A DNA stretch of 64,000 nt, from positions 728 through 64,727 of the forward strand of contig JAQUWY010000006.1 in assembly GCA_028692655.1 (NCBI GenBank), read 5' to 3'. The position numbers were made by a program, and so were the translations under genes. The notes below the pieces were generated by a model, which saw only the letters and a list, made by a program, of their open reading frames with translations, searched no databases and was not told the DNA's origin. This DNA comes from Candidatus Omnitrophota bacterium (GTDB taxonomy: Bacteria > Omnitrophota > Gorgyraeia > Duberdicusellales > 4484-171). Positions 1-9,300 of the stretch are shown one piece after another. Position 1 is the stretch's first letter; the number at the start of each line of letters is the position of its first letter.

Positions 1-371
1 ATGAAATTAATATACTGGAAGCTACGTTTTTGGCATTTAACCGGGCGATAAAGGGGCTATTGAAAGTCGAGCCTTCACTACGTTCGGCCAGGTTTGTGAT
101 TGACGGCACGCTGTTTCGTACAGATCTGGATATAGACTACGTTTGTATGAAAAGAGCCGACAGCAGAATCAAAGAGGTGTCAGCAGCCTCAATAGTAGCA
201 AAAGTAACAAGGGACCACTTGATGGACTCTCTCAACTTTTTGTATCCCCAATGGGGTTTCAGCAAGCACAAAGGGTACCCGACTAAAGAACACATGGAGC
301 AAGTTCATCGCTGTGATTTAACGCCTTTTCATCGCAAGAGCTTTTATCCTTGCAGCAAGTTTTCTTCTTGA
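1..371 (+). CDS. rnhB: Ribonuclease HII, C-terminal part (gene starts upstream of window; reading frame open from base 3)
   Basis: Translation contains ADSRIKEVSAASIVAKVTRDHLM...YPQWGFSKHKGYPTKEH, matching the conserved C-terminal RNase HII motifs (SI(V/L)AK..R; GY.T..H). Frame 3 has no stop back to the window edge. Confidence 0.8.
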   Translation, partial: EINILEATFLAFNRAIKGLLKVEPSLRSARFVIDGTLFRTDLDIDYVCMKRADSRIKEVSAASIVAKVTRDHLMDSLNFLYPQWGFSKHKGYPTKEHMEQVHRCDLTPFHRKSFYPCSKFSS

Positions 372-420
372 GATATACCAGTTTCCGAAGTATTTTTAAG
401 AATTAATTTAGCTGGGTCTG

Positions 421-798
421 ATGAAGGACAGAATCGCAGGGCCAAAAACAAAAGGAACGTTCTTTGAAGATAAGGCTGTAGAATTTCTTAATTTTAAAGG
501 TTACAGGGTAAGGAAGAGAAACTTTAGGAGCCGTTTTGGAGAGATAGACATAATAGCCAGGGATTTTAAATATATCGTTTTCGTTGAGGTAAAGGCTCGA
601 GCACAAAATTTTACAGTTTCAGGTTTGGAAGCTGTCGATAAAAAGAAAAGGGACAGTATCAGAAAAACAGCTCTTGTGTACGCGGCCGGTAAAGAATTCT
701 TATCCCGTTTTGATGTTCTTGAGATAATCCAGGGCCAAAATTGGCGCAGGTATATTTTAATAAAAGATGCCTTTGGGCTGGTAGAGGAGGATTTTTAA
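421..798 (+). CDS. YraN-family (UPF0102) endonuclease
   Basis: 125 aa; GEIDIIARD...VFVEVKAR motif typical of the YraN/UPF0102 family; classically adjacent to rnhB. Confidence 0.75.
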   Translation: MKDRIAGPKTKGTFFEDKAVEFLNFKGYRVRKRNFRSRFGEIDIIARDFKYIVFVEVKARAQNFTVSGLEAVDKKKRDSIRKTALVYAAGKEFLSRFDVLEIIQGQNWRRYILIKDAFGLVEEDF

Positions 799-861
799 AC
801 TCCTACAGAGATTCCCGAGCTTTAATCCGAATGGTTCCATTAAGAATTAAATAAAGAATGA

Positions 862-1410
862 ATGAAGGGATATAAGAGATATTTTAAAACTTATCTGTCG
901 GGATTAGCTTCTTTAAAGCCTTCTCCGGGAGGAGGCAGCGTAGCTGCTCTTGCTTTTTGTCTGGGGACAGCCCTGATAGAAAAAGCACTGGTTTTTTCCT
1001 GCCCTAAGAATCCTGCCACACCAGCTCTAAAGAAAAAAAATAAAAAGATTACTGCAAGGATAAAAAAAATCCGTTCTTTATCAGGAAAACCGTATCATTA
1101 TATTGACGAAGACGGCGATATTTTTGAACAAATCATGAGTTTTCAAGGAGCTAAGAAAAAACGTTATGTTGATAAAAGCCAGAATTTAATAGCTGATTTG
1201 GGGTCCAGGTGCCGGAAAATATTTTTTATTACTCAAGAGGTGGAAATCGGGGTAAAAAAGTGTATAATAAGTGATTTCATCTTAGGCTTGGATTTAGTAA
1301 AGCTTGCTTTAAAAGGCTGTGTTCTCAATCTTGAAGCCAATAAAAAGATGTTTGGGGTTCAAAGCAGGCAATTGGGAGTTTTTAAAAATACACTTAAGAA
1401 ATGGCAGTAA
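862..1410 (+). CDS. Cyclodeaminase/cyclohydrolase family protein (FTCD C-terminal-like; putative methenyl-THF cyclohydrolase)
   Basis: N-terminal SPGGGSVAALAFCLGTALIEKA motif characteristic of the formiminotransferase-cyclodeaminase C-domain / FchA family; directly upstream of and overlapping folD. Confidence 0.65.
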   Translation: MKGYKRYFKTYLSGLASLKPSPGGGSVAALAFCLGTALIEKALVFSCPKNPATPALKKKNKKITARIKKIRSLSGKPYHYIDEDGDIFEQIMSFQGAKKKRYVDKSQNLIADLGSRCRKIFFITQEVEIGVKKCIISDFILGLDLVKLALKGCVLNLEANKKMFGVQSRQLGVFKNTLKKWQ

Positions 1411-2288
1411 TTTTAGACTCTAAACAACTCTGCGGTAATTTAGAAAAGGAAATCAGAAAAATTCTTAAATCTTTGCCTGGTTTGTGCCTGGCTTCGGTTT
1501 CTATAGGAGATAATTACGCCAGTTGTTTATACCGCCGGATACAGAAACAAGCAGCTTTCAGCTTGGGGGTTGAGTATAAAGAGGTAAATCTCGGGAAAGA
1601 TATATCCTTTGATACTTTCAAAAATAAAATAGAAACTTTGAATAAAGATTCCGGTGTTACCGGTATTATCATAAATAAACCTTTTCCTTCTGGCTGGAAA
1701 GACCAGGAGGCGTTTGCTCTTCTTGATGAGAAGAAGGACATTGAAGGGACTCATCCGTTTAATTTAGGGAGATTTTGTATTGGATTTAAGTCAGCTTTAT
1801 CCGATTCTTATCCGGATGCATCTCTGGGATTTTGTGTTTCTCCTACAGTCCTAAGCATTATCGATTTGATTAAAGCCAGCGGAGCTAATCTTTCTGGAGC
1901 CCGAGTTACCATTGTCGGGTTTTCTTCCCTTATTGGCAAGCCTTTAGCTATTTATTTGGCTAATGAATTTGCTACTGTCAGCATTGCGCATATAGAAACG
2001 TATAATAAGGGAGACCTTGCTTTTTACGTTAACAATGCTGATATACTTATCTCTGCTGTAGGTAAGCCCGGCCTCATAAAAGGTGAATGGATAAAAGAAG
2101 ATAGTCTGGTAATTGATGTGGGCACCGGCCGCAAAAACGGTGTCTTAGCCGGAGACGTTGAATTCAAAGAAGCTTCAAAAAAGGCAAAGTATATTACTCC
2201 GGTTCCCGGAGGCGTGGGGCGCCTGACAACTATGTTTTTGTATTATAATTTGGCTATTACGGCCAGAATTCAGGGAGTTACCAAATGA
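1401..2288 (+). CDS. folD: Bifunctional methylenetetrahydrofolate dehydrogenase / methenyl-THF cyclohydrolase
   Basis: HPFNLGRF, ILISAVGKPGLIKGEWIKEDSLVIDVG and YITPVPGGVGRLT match the FolD signature regions; 295 aa. Confidence 0.93.
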   Translation: MAVILDSKQLCGNLEKEIRKILKSLPGLCLASVSIGDNYASCLYRRIQKQAAFSLGVEYKEVNLGKDISFDTFKNKIETLNKDSGVTGIIINKPFPSGWKDQEAFALLDEKKDIEGTHPFNLGRFCIGFKSALSDSYPDASLGFCVSPTVLSIIDLIKASGANLSGARVTIVGFSSLIGKPLAIYLANEFATVSIAHIETYNKGDLAFYVNNADILISAVGKPGLIKGEWIKEDSLVIDVGTGRKNGVLAGDVEFKEASKKAKYITPVPGGVGRLTTMFLYYNLAITARIQGVTK

Positions 2289-3244
2289 AAGAAATAACTC
2301 TTTTGGGCTGCGGAGTAAGCGGAATTTCTTTCATTGAAAGAATAAGAGAAAATGGGCTCGCCGCCAAAATAGTACTTATAGATAAGAAAAATTATTATTC
2401 GGAAAGGGAACTTTCTATAACTCACCCCGCTGATTTTAAAGAATGTTGGGACTTGAAAAAATGGGCTGAAGAAAAAAATATTGAGTTCATCGAAGCCGAA
2501 GTCGAAAGAATAAACATCCGAAGAAGAAAGGTATATTTTAAACAACATGAGGCAAGAGATTTCGAACAACTTGTGGTCTCAACGGGCCTTGTGTCAAAAA
2601 AACTGCCTGTTAAAGGCGAACACCGGGAGGGGTTTTTCTATCTTTCTGACATTGATGCTTGGAAGTTGAAAGACTTGCTTAAATTATCACCGGAAGCTTG
2701 TGTTTACGCTTCGACTTTTTTAGGGCTAAAGCTGGCGGTGTCTCTGGCCAGTCTGAAAAAAGAAGTAAGAATAGTTGCTGAAAATTTAGATTTTTTAGGC
2801 AGCAGGGCCCAGGAAGTGATAGATTATCTAGGCCAGAGGGGTATATCCTTATATCTTAATTCCCATGTTGAGGAAGCAGTAGGAGAATCAAGGATTAAAG
2901 CAATCAAAATATCGCCTTTAAAAGTTTTTCCCTCTCAGCTTTTATTCATTGATAGCGGTTTTACGGTTAATAAATGTTTTTTCGAAGAAGAAATAATATC
3001 AAGTGATGCTATTTCTACCATAAGCGAAGGGCTTTATTTTATGGGTGACGTATCTTCTAAAAATATAGGGGAAGAAATATTTTTTAAATTTAATCATACC
3101 CAGGCAAAAGAGGATGCCTTGGCCCTGGCTGATTATATGGTTAAGGGGGAGCCTTTGACTGCGGAGAAAATGCTTTTAAGTGAGGAAGGCAAGAACAGGC
3201 TTATAGATGAATTCTTGGCTAAGCAGGTTTGTTCAAATAACTAG
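2285..3244 (+). CDS. FAD/NAD(P)-binding oxidoreductase-like protein (short; no C-terminal dimerisation domain)
   Basis: N-terminal LLGCGVSGISF dinucleotide-binding fingerprint followed by ...KIVLIDKK; overall resemblance to pyridine-nucleotide-disulfide oxidoreductase fold, but the second Rossmann motif is degenerate. Function not assignable. Confidence 0.45.
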   Translation: MKEITLLGCGVSGISFIERIRENGLAAKIVLIDKKNYYSERELSITHPADFKECWDLKKWAEEKNIEFIEAEVERINIRRRKVYFKQHEARDFEQLVVSTGLVSKKLPVKGEHREGFFYLSDIDAWKLKDLLKLSPEACVYASTFLGLKLAVSLASLKKEVRIVAENLDFLGSRAQEVIDYLGQRGISLYLNSHVEEAVGESRIKAIKISPLKVFPSQLLFIDSGFTVNKCFFEEEIISSDAISTISEGLYFMGDVSSKNIGEEIFFKFNHTQAKEDALALADYMVKGEPLTAEKMLLSEEGKNRLIDEFLAKQVCSNN

Positions 3245-3291
3245 GGTAAGCGAAATAAATAACGGACTTATAAAATAAGCGGAGGTTTATT

Positions 3292-4452
3292 ATGGCAGAG
3301 TGGGTCGGTATAGGCAGACGAGCAAGAAGATGTTACGGGTTTGACGAGATAGCATTAGCTCCGGGAAGAGTTACCGTTAATCCTGAAGAGGTTGATATTT
3401 CTTGGGAGCTTTCCGGCAGAAGATTTTCAGTTCCGATACTCGCCGCGGCGATGGATGGAGTGGTAGGCGTAAAATTTGCCGTAGAGATGTCCAGGCTTGG
3501 CGCTGTGGCGGTTTTAAATTTAGATGGAGTGCAAACTCGGTACGATAACCCTGACGAAGTTTTGCAAGAAATATCCCAGGCTACTCCGGAGGTGGCCACA
3601 AATCTGATTCAAAAAGTATATACTACTCCTATCAAGGAGAACCTAATTGCAAGGCGGGTTGAGGAAATAAAGAAGAAATCTGGATATGCCGCGGTGAGCT
3701 GTATTCCTCAGAATGCCGACAAATTTTCAAGTATTGCTCAGGAAGCCGGGGCTGATTGCTTTGTGGTCCAATCTACAGTGACTACTGCCCGGCATATTGC
3801 GACAAAATATACGCCTCTTGACTTAGAAAAATTTTGCAAAAAGCTTAAGATACCGGTTATTATCGGTAATTGCGTTACGTATGATGTAACGCTTGAATTA
3901 CTCGAGACTGGGTGCGCTGGCATTCTAGTCGGAGTTGGCCCGGGAGCAGCCTGTACGACTCGGGGTGTTCTGGGTATAGGCGTGCCTCAGGTGACTTCGA
4001 CTATTGATTGTGCTGCGGCTAGAGATTTTTACTATCAAAAGACTGGTAAATATGTGCCGATTATTACTGATGGAGGTATGAGCCGGGGTGGAGATGTTTG
4101 TAAGGCTTTTGCTTCAGGGGCAGACAGCGTTATGATTGGCTCAGCTTTTGCTAGGGCAAAGGAAGCTCCCGGAAGAGGTTTCCATTGGGGCATGGCCACT
4201 TCTCATGGTAATTTACCTCGAGGAACAAGAATAAAAGTAGGTGTTACCGGAACTTTGGAAGAGATACTATTTGGCCCGGCAGTGGTAGATGATGGTTCTC
4301 AGAATCTTATGGGAGCCTTGGCTACTTCAATGGGGTCATTAGGCGCTAAAAATATTAAAGAAATGCATTTTGTAGAAATAATAATCGCTCCTTCCATACA
4401 AACTGAAGGCAAAATTTTCCAGGCTTCCCAGAGAGTAGGAATGGGTAAATAA
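3292..4452 (+). CDS. IMP dehydrogenase family protein lacking the CBS subdomain (GuaB3-like architecture; retains catalytic-loop Cys in GPGAACTTR)
   Basis: IMPDH-like TIM-barrel motifs: [10 protein letters not shown] (cf. FDDVLLVP), [27 protein letters not shown] (cf. GSICTTR), ITDGGM..GGD..KA.A.GAD.VM.GS. 386 aa, i.e. about 110 aa shorter than canonical GuaB; immediately upstream of guaA. Confidence 0.75.
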   Translation: MAEWVGIGRRARRCYGFDEIALAPGRVTVNPEEVDISWELSGRRFSVPILAAAMDGVVGVKFAVEMSRLGAVAVLNLDGVQTRYDNPDEVLQEISQATPEVATNLIQKVYTTPIKENLIARRVEEIKKKSGYAAVSCIPQNADKFSSIAQEAGADCFVVQSTVTTARHIATKYTPLDLEKFCKKLKIPVIIGNCVTYDVTLELLETGCAGILVGVGPGAACTTRGVLGIGVPQVTSTIDCAAARDFYYQKTGKYVPIITDGGMSRGGDVCKAFASGADSVMIGSAFARAKEAPGRGFHWGMATSHGNLPRGTRIKVGVTGTLEEILFGPAVVDDGSQNLMGALATSMGSLGAKNIKEMHFVEIIIAPSIQTEGKIFQASQRVGMGK

Positions 4453-4513
4453 AATAGAGAATTGAATATATATCCCGATAGTAATCGGGATTTCGCTGAA
4501 TAGTTATATTAAG

Positions 4514-6064
4514 GTGCTCAAAATGAAAAAAGACACAGTATTAATTTTAGATTTTGGCTCGCAGTACACGCAGCTCATAGCCAGAAGAGTCAGGGAGCTT
4601 AAAGTTTTTAGTATTATTGAGCCTTGCGTTATGAGCCTCGAAAAGATAAAAAAAATAAATCCTAAAGCAATAATTCTTTCCGGCGGGCCTCATAGTGTTT
4701 ATGAGAGAAACGCTCCTTTGCTTGATAAAGGCATATTCAGTTTGGGGGTTCCTATACTGGGGATTTGTTACGGGATGCAGATTGTGGTTAGAACTTTAAA
4801 GGGAAAAGTCAGAGAGAGCAAGAAAAGAGAGTACGGCCGGGCCCAGATGTATATAGATAACCATAAAGATTTATTTTTCTCTCTGCCGGCTAAGATTGTT
4901 TCCTGGATGAGCCATACCGATCAAGTAGATGCCCTGCCAGGAGAGTTTAAAGTATTGGCTCATACTTCTAATACTAAATACGCGGCAATTGGGGATATAA
5001 AGAGGAAGGTCTATTGCGTTCAATTTCATCCCGAAGTGGTTCATACAGATTTTGGGCTTCAGATATTATCTAACTTTATTTTCAGAATAGCTGATTGTTT
5101 CGCTAACTGGCAGCTTGAAGATTTTGTGGCTGAGCAAATAAGAGAAATAAAAAAGAAAGTCGGTTCAAGAAATGTTATTTGCGGGTTAAGCGGAGGGGTA
5201 GATTCTTCCGCGGCTGCGGTTTTAATTCATAAGGCTATCGGCAAAAAACTTAAATGTATTTTTGTTAATAACGGATTGCTACGCAAAAATGAAGCTTCCC
5301 AGGTTCTGAAGATTTTTAAAGGAAATTTCAAAATTGATTTACATTACGCTGATGCCTCTAAAATATTCCTGCGTGAGCTTAAAGGAGTGACAAATCCTGA
5401 GACTAAGCGCAAAATAATCGGCAATGAATTTATAAAAGTCTTCGAAGCTGAAGCGAGGAAGATAAAAAACGTGGAGTTTCTTGTTCAGGGTACGCTTTAT
5501 CCGGATGTTATTGAATCTGTATCTTGTTTTGGAGGCCCGACTGCCTGTATAAAGTCGCATCACAATGTAGGCGGCTTGCCGAAAGATATGAAATTAAAGC
5601 TTATAGAGCCGTTTCGGCAGTTATTTAAGGATGAAGTGCGCCAGATAGCTAAGATTCTAGGTTTGCCCCAGGAGATAATAAATCGCCATCCTTTTCCCGG
5701 TCCGGGTTTGGCAGTAAGAATATTGGGAGAAATTACCTCCGGACAGCTGAAGATATTAAGGGAAGCTGACAGTATTTTGGAGAAAATAATAAAGAAACAT
5801 GGCTTTTATGACGATATATGGCAAGCATTTTGTGTCTTGCTCCCTCTTAAAACAGTCGGAGTCATGGGTGATAAGAGAACTTATGAGTATGTGGCTGCCA
5901 TCAGGGCAGTGTCCAGCCTTGACGGTATGACAGCTGATTGGTTCAAGATTCCTCATGAAGTGTTAGATGAAATATCCAATGCTATCATCAATAAAGTCAG
6001 AGGCGTAAACAGAGTAGTCTTCGATATTAGTTCCAAGCCCCCGGCGACTATAGAATGGGAATAA
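4514..6064 (+). CDS. guaA: GMP synthase (glutamine-hydrolysing)
   Basis: Class I GATase domain (LILDFGSQYTQLIARRVREL, GICYGMQ, QFHPEV) plus ATP-PPase SGGVDSS and C-terminal GMP synthase dimerisation domain ending ...IEWE. Confidence 0.95.
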   Translation: MLKMKKDTVLILDFGSQYTQLIARRVRELKVFSIIEPCVMSLEKIKKINPKAIILSGGPHSVYERNAPLLDKGIFSLGVPILGICYGMQIVVRTLKGKVRESKKREYGRAQMYIDNHKDLFFSLPAKIVSWMSHTDQVDALPGEFKVLAHTSNTKYAAIGDIKRKVYCVQFHPEVVHTDFGLQILSNFIFRIADCFANWQLEDFVAEQIREIKKKVGSRNVICGLSGGVDSSAAAVLIHKAIGKKLKCIFVNNGLLRKNEASQVLKIFKGNFKIDLHYADASKIFLRELKGVTNPETKRKIIGNEFIKVFEAEARKIKNVEFLVQGTLYPDVIESVSCFGGPTACIKSHHNVGGLPKDMKLKLIEPFRQLFKDEVRQIAKILGLPQEIINRHPFPGPGLAVRILGEITSGQLKILREADSILEKIIKKHGFYDDIWQAFCVLLPLKTVGVMGDKRTYEYVAAIRAVSSLDGMTADWFKIPHEVLDEISNAIINKVRGVNRVVFDISSKPPATIEWE

Positions 6065-6087
6065 CAAAAAGATAAGGGACAGAAGAA

Positions 6088-6300
6088 GTCCATAGCCGAC
6101 AGACCACAGTCCACAGAATATACAGGTTAAGGTTAAGAGAAACCTTAAAACATTTCTTTAGCGGAAATACGGTAGAAATACATGGAAATAAATAGAAATA
6201 GGTTGTTTAGATATGGGTGCAAAGAGAATATACTGCTTTGTTTAGAATTTAGGATTTTGAATTTGTTTAGAGTTTAGGATTTAGAATTTTTTTAATCTTT
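6088..6300. repeat. Composite intergenic repeat, copy 1 (guaA-dnaE spacer)
   Basis: Modules shared with 19341-19925: GTCCAYRGYCGACAGACCAC...AGTCCACAGA; AGGYTAAGGTTRAGA; 50-nt core CATTTCTTTAGCGGAAATACGGTAGAAATAYATGGAAATAAATAGAAATA (6151-6200, 49 of 50 identical to 19785-19834); then phased GTTTAGRRTTTAGGATTT tracts. Confidence 0.8.
6161..6200. promoter_or_regulatory. Four GAAATA direct repeats at 11/10/10-bp spacing (copy 1); identical arrangement at 19798-19834
   Basis: gcGGAAATAcggtaGAAATAcatgGAAATAaataGAAATAgg; hexamers start at 6164, 6175, 6185, 6195 and at 19798, 19809, 19819, 19829. Confidence 0.5.
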
Positions 6301-6392
6301 GCCTTAGCCTTTGCCTATACCCGTTTCTATCAGCTTACAACTTATAGCTTAAAGCTGTCTTTGTTTAGTATTTTATAAAAATAGTTTATTGC

Positions 6393-9300
6393 ATGGAACA
6401 CTCCGACTTTGTCCACCTTCATGTTCATACCCAGTATAGCCTTCTAGATGGGGCCTGCATTCTGGAAAGGCTCGTAGATAAAGCTGTTGAATTCAAGATG
6501 CCGGCTTTGGCTATGACTGATCACGGCAATCTGTTCGGGGCGATAAGATTTTACAATCTATGTGTTAAAAAAGGGGTAAAACCCATAATAGGATGTGAAG
6601 TCTATGTAGCTTCTGGTTCCAGGCTTAACCGGGAGTATAAGCCGGGAGCGGATGATAATTACCATCTTATCCTTTTGGCTAAGGATGAAAAAGGTTATGC
6701 TAATCTTGTACGCCTGGTGAGCTTGGCTCACCTGGAGGGTTTTTATTACAAACCCAGGGTTGATAAAGAAATACTATCTGCCTACAGCCAGGGACTAATA
6801 GCTTCAAGTGCTTGCCTCAAAGGAGAAATACCTTCCCGAATTCTGGCCGACGATATGCAAAAAGCTTATAAACTTACTGATGAATATCTTAATATATTCG
6901 GTAAAGGTAATTTCTATCTTGAGATTATGGAAAATGAGCTCCCGGAGCAGAAGAAAATTAACAAGGGGCTTATAAAAATAGGCAAAGATTTAGATGTACC
7001 TCTGATAGCAACCAATGATATCCATTACCTAGAAAAGGATGAAGCATTTGCTCATGAGGCCCTTTTAGCTATACAGACTCAAACTACGCTTTCGGATCCC
7101 AATCGCTTTAAATTCAATAGTAATACTTTTTACTTTCGAAGCCCCCAGGAAATGAGAGCGGTTTTTAGTGAGGTTCCCCAGGCGATTAAAAATACCCTGG
7201 AAGTTATGCAGAAATGCAATCTTACTATGGATTTTTCAAAGATTCATCTACCCAATTTTCCTTTGCCACAAGGAGAAACTGATTTTAATTACCTGAAAAC
7301 TACATGCTATAAAAACATCAGCCAGAGATATCCCAAAGCAGAGAAATCTGTTAAGGAAAGGCTGGACTATGAGCTTAATGTAATAGAGAAAACAGGTTTC
7401 TCAAGTTACTTCTTGATTATTTGGGACTTGGTAAAGTTTGCTAAAGAAAATCACATACCTGTAGGCCCGGGCCGGGGCAGTGCTGCCGGAAGTATTGTCA
7501 GCTACCTATTGCATATTACTGATGTCGACCCTTTAAATTACGAACTTCTTTTCGAGCGCTTCCTAAATCCAGAACGCATATCTATGCCGGATATTGATAT
7601 AGATTTCTGTTATGAAAAGAGAAGCCAGGTATTGGAATATGTAAGTAATAAATATGGTAAAGACTGCGTAGCCCAGATTGTTACTTTTGGAACTATGCAG
7701 GCAAGGGCTGTAGTCAGAGACGTAGGGCGGGTTATGAGCTTCAGCTATTCAGAGGTTGATAAGATAGCCAAGATGATTCCTTACGGCCCCGGCCAGCATA
7801 CAGATTTAAAATCTGCCCTCTCGGCTAGTCCTGAATTGGCTGATGTTTATCGTTCCAACCCCAATATTAAAAAATTAATAGATGTGGCTATGCAGTTAGA
7901 AGGCTTGTCCCGCCATGCCTCAACCCATGCCGCCGGAGTAGTTATCTCGGACCGTCCGATTATCGACCGTGTACCTTTGATAAGAGGTTCCGAAGGAGAA
8001 GCTGTTACCGGCTTTGATATGAGTTCTCTGGAAAAAACCGGAATGCTTAAGATGGATTTTCTAGGCCTAAAGACCTTGACCGTTATCGAACAAGCAATAA
8101 AGATAATAAAGAGGACCAAGTCAGAAGATATCAATATCGGAGAAATTCCCCTCAACGATAAAAAGACTTTTGCTCTTTTAGCTAAGGGCGATACAGTGGG
8201 GGTGTTCCAGCTTGAAAGTAGAGGGATGCGGGATATTCTAAAGAAGATAAATCCCAGCAAATTCGAAGATTTAATAGCGGTATTAGCTCTTTATCGGCCG
8301 GGGCCTTTAGGCAGCGGCATGGTAGATGACTTTATCGACAGGAAACAGGGCAGAAAGAATATCTCTTACATTCATCCACAGCTTGAAACTATTTTGAAAA
8401 AAACTTACGGTATCATTCTTTATCAGGAACAGATTATGCAGATAGTTTCAAAATTGGCCGGATTCGATATGGCCAGGGCAGATTTGCTGCGGAAAGCTAT
8501 AGGTAAAAAAATACCTGAGATTATGGATGAACAAAGGCAGTTGTTTATTGACGGCTGTCAAAAGAATAACATTCCGCACGGTGTGGCCGGCCAGATATTT
8601 GACCTTATAGATTATTTTTCCGGTTACGGGTTCAATAAGAGCCACTCCACTGCTTATGCTCTGATTTCTTATAGGACAGCCTATCTTAAAGCGCGCTATC
8701 CGATTGAGTTTATGGCAGCCCTTCTTACCAGCGAACGAAACAATACGGATAAGGTAGTTGAGTATGTAAATGAATGCGAGAGAATGAAGATAAAAGTGCT
8801 GCCCCCGGATATAAATACTAGTTTTACAAATTTTACGGTAACTGGAGCTAACGATATACGATTTGGGCTTATCGCTATCAAAAATGTAGGCCAGGCGGCT
8901 TTGGAAAGTATTATTAGCATACGCCAGCAGGGAAACTTTAAAAACATTTTCGATTTTTGCGAAAGGGTTGATTCTCGGGTGGTAAATAAAAAAGTCATAG
9001 AAAGTCTTATAAAAACAGGCGCTATGGACAGCTTAGGATTGAAGCGGTCTCAGATGGCCGCTATCCTGGATCGCTTATTGAACAAGGCTACTAAAAAATC
9101 CGATCCTTCACAATTACTGTTGTTTGTTCCCCCTCGTGACGAGAGTGTTCCGGATATCGAAGAGTGGCCTTTGCTTCAGATATTAAGTTTTGAAAAATCT
9201 CTCCTGGGTATTTATTTGACAGATCATCCTTTACACATCTATTCAGGCGTAGTTGATTATCTGCCGCGCAGGAAAATAGCTACATTTTATGAGCACCAGC

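Noticed and set aside
6088-6392. Possible chromosomal replication origin (several GTCCAC / TCCACA motifs upstream of dnaE)
   Set aside because: The matches to the DnaA box TTATCCACA are partial (6 of 9). There is no dnaA or dnaN nearby and no AT-rich DUE with 13-mer repeats. The same motifs recur in the second repeat copy, so they belong to a repeat family rather than oriC.
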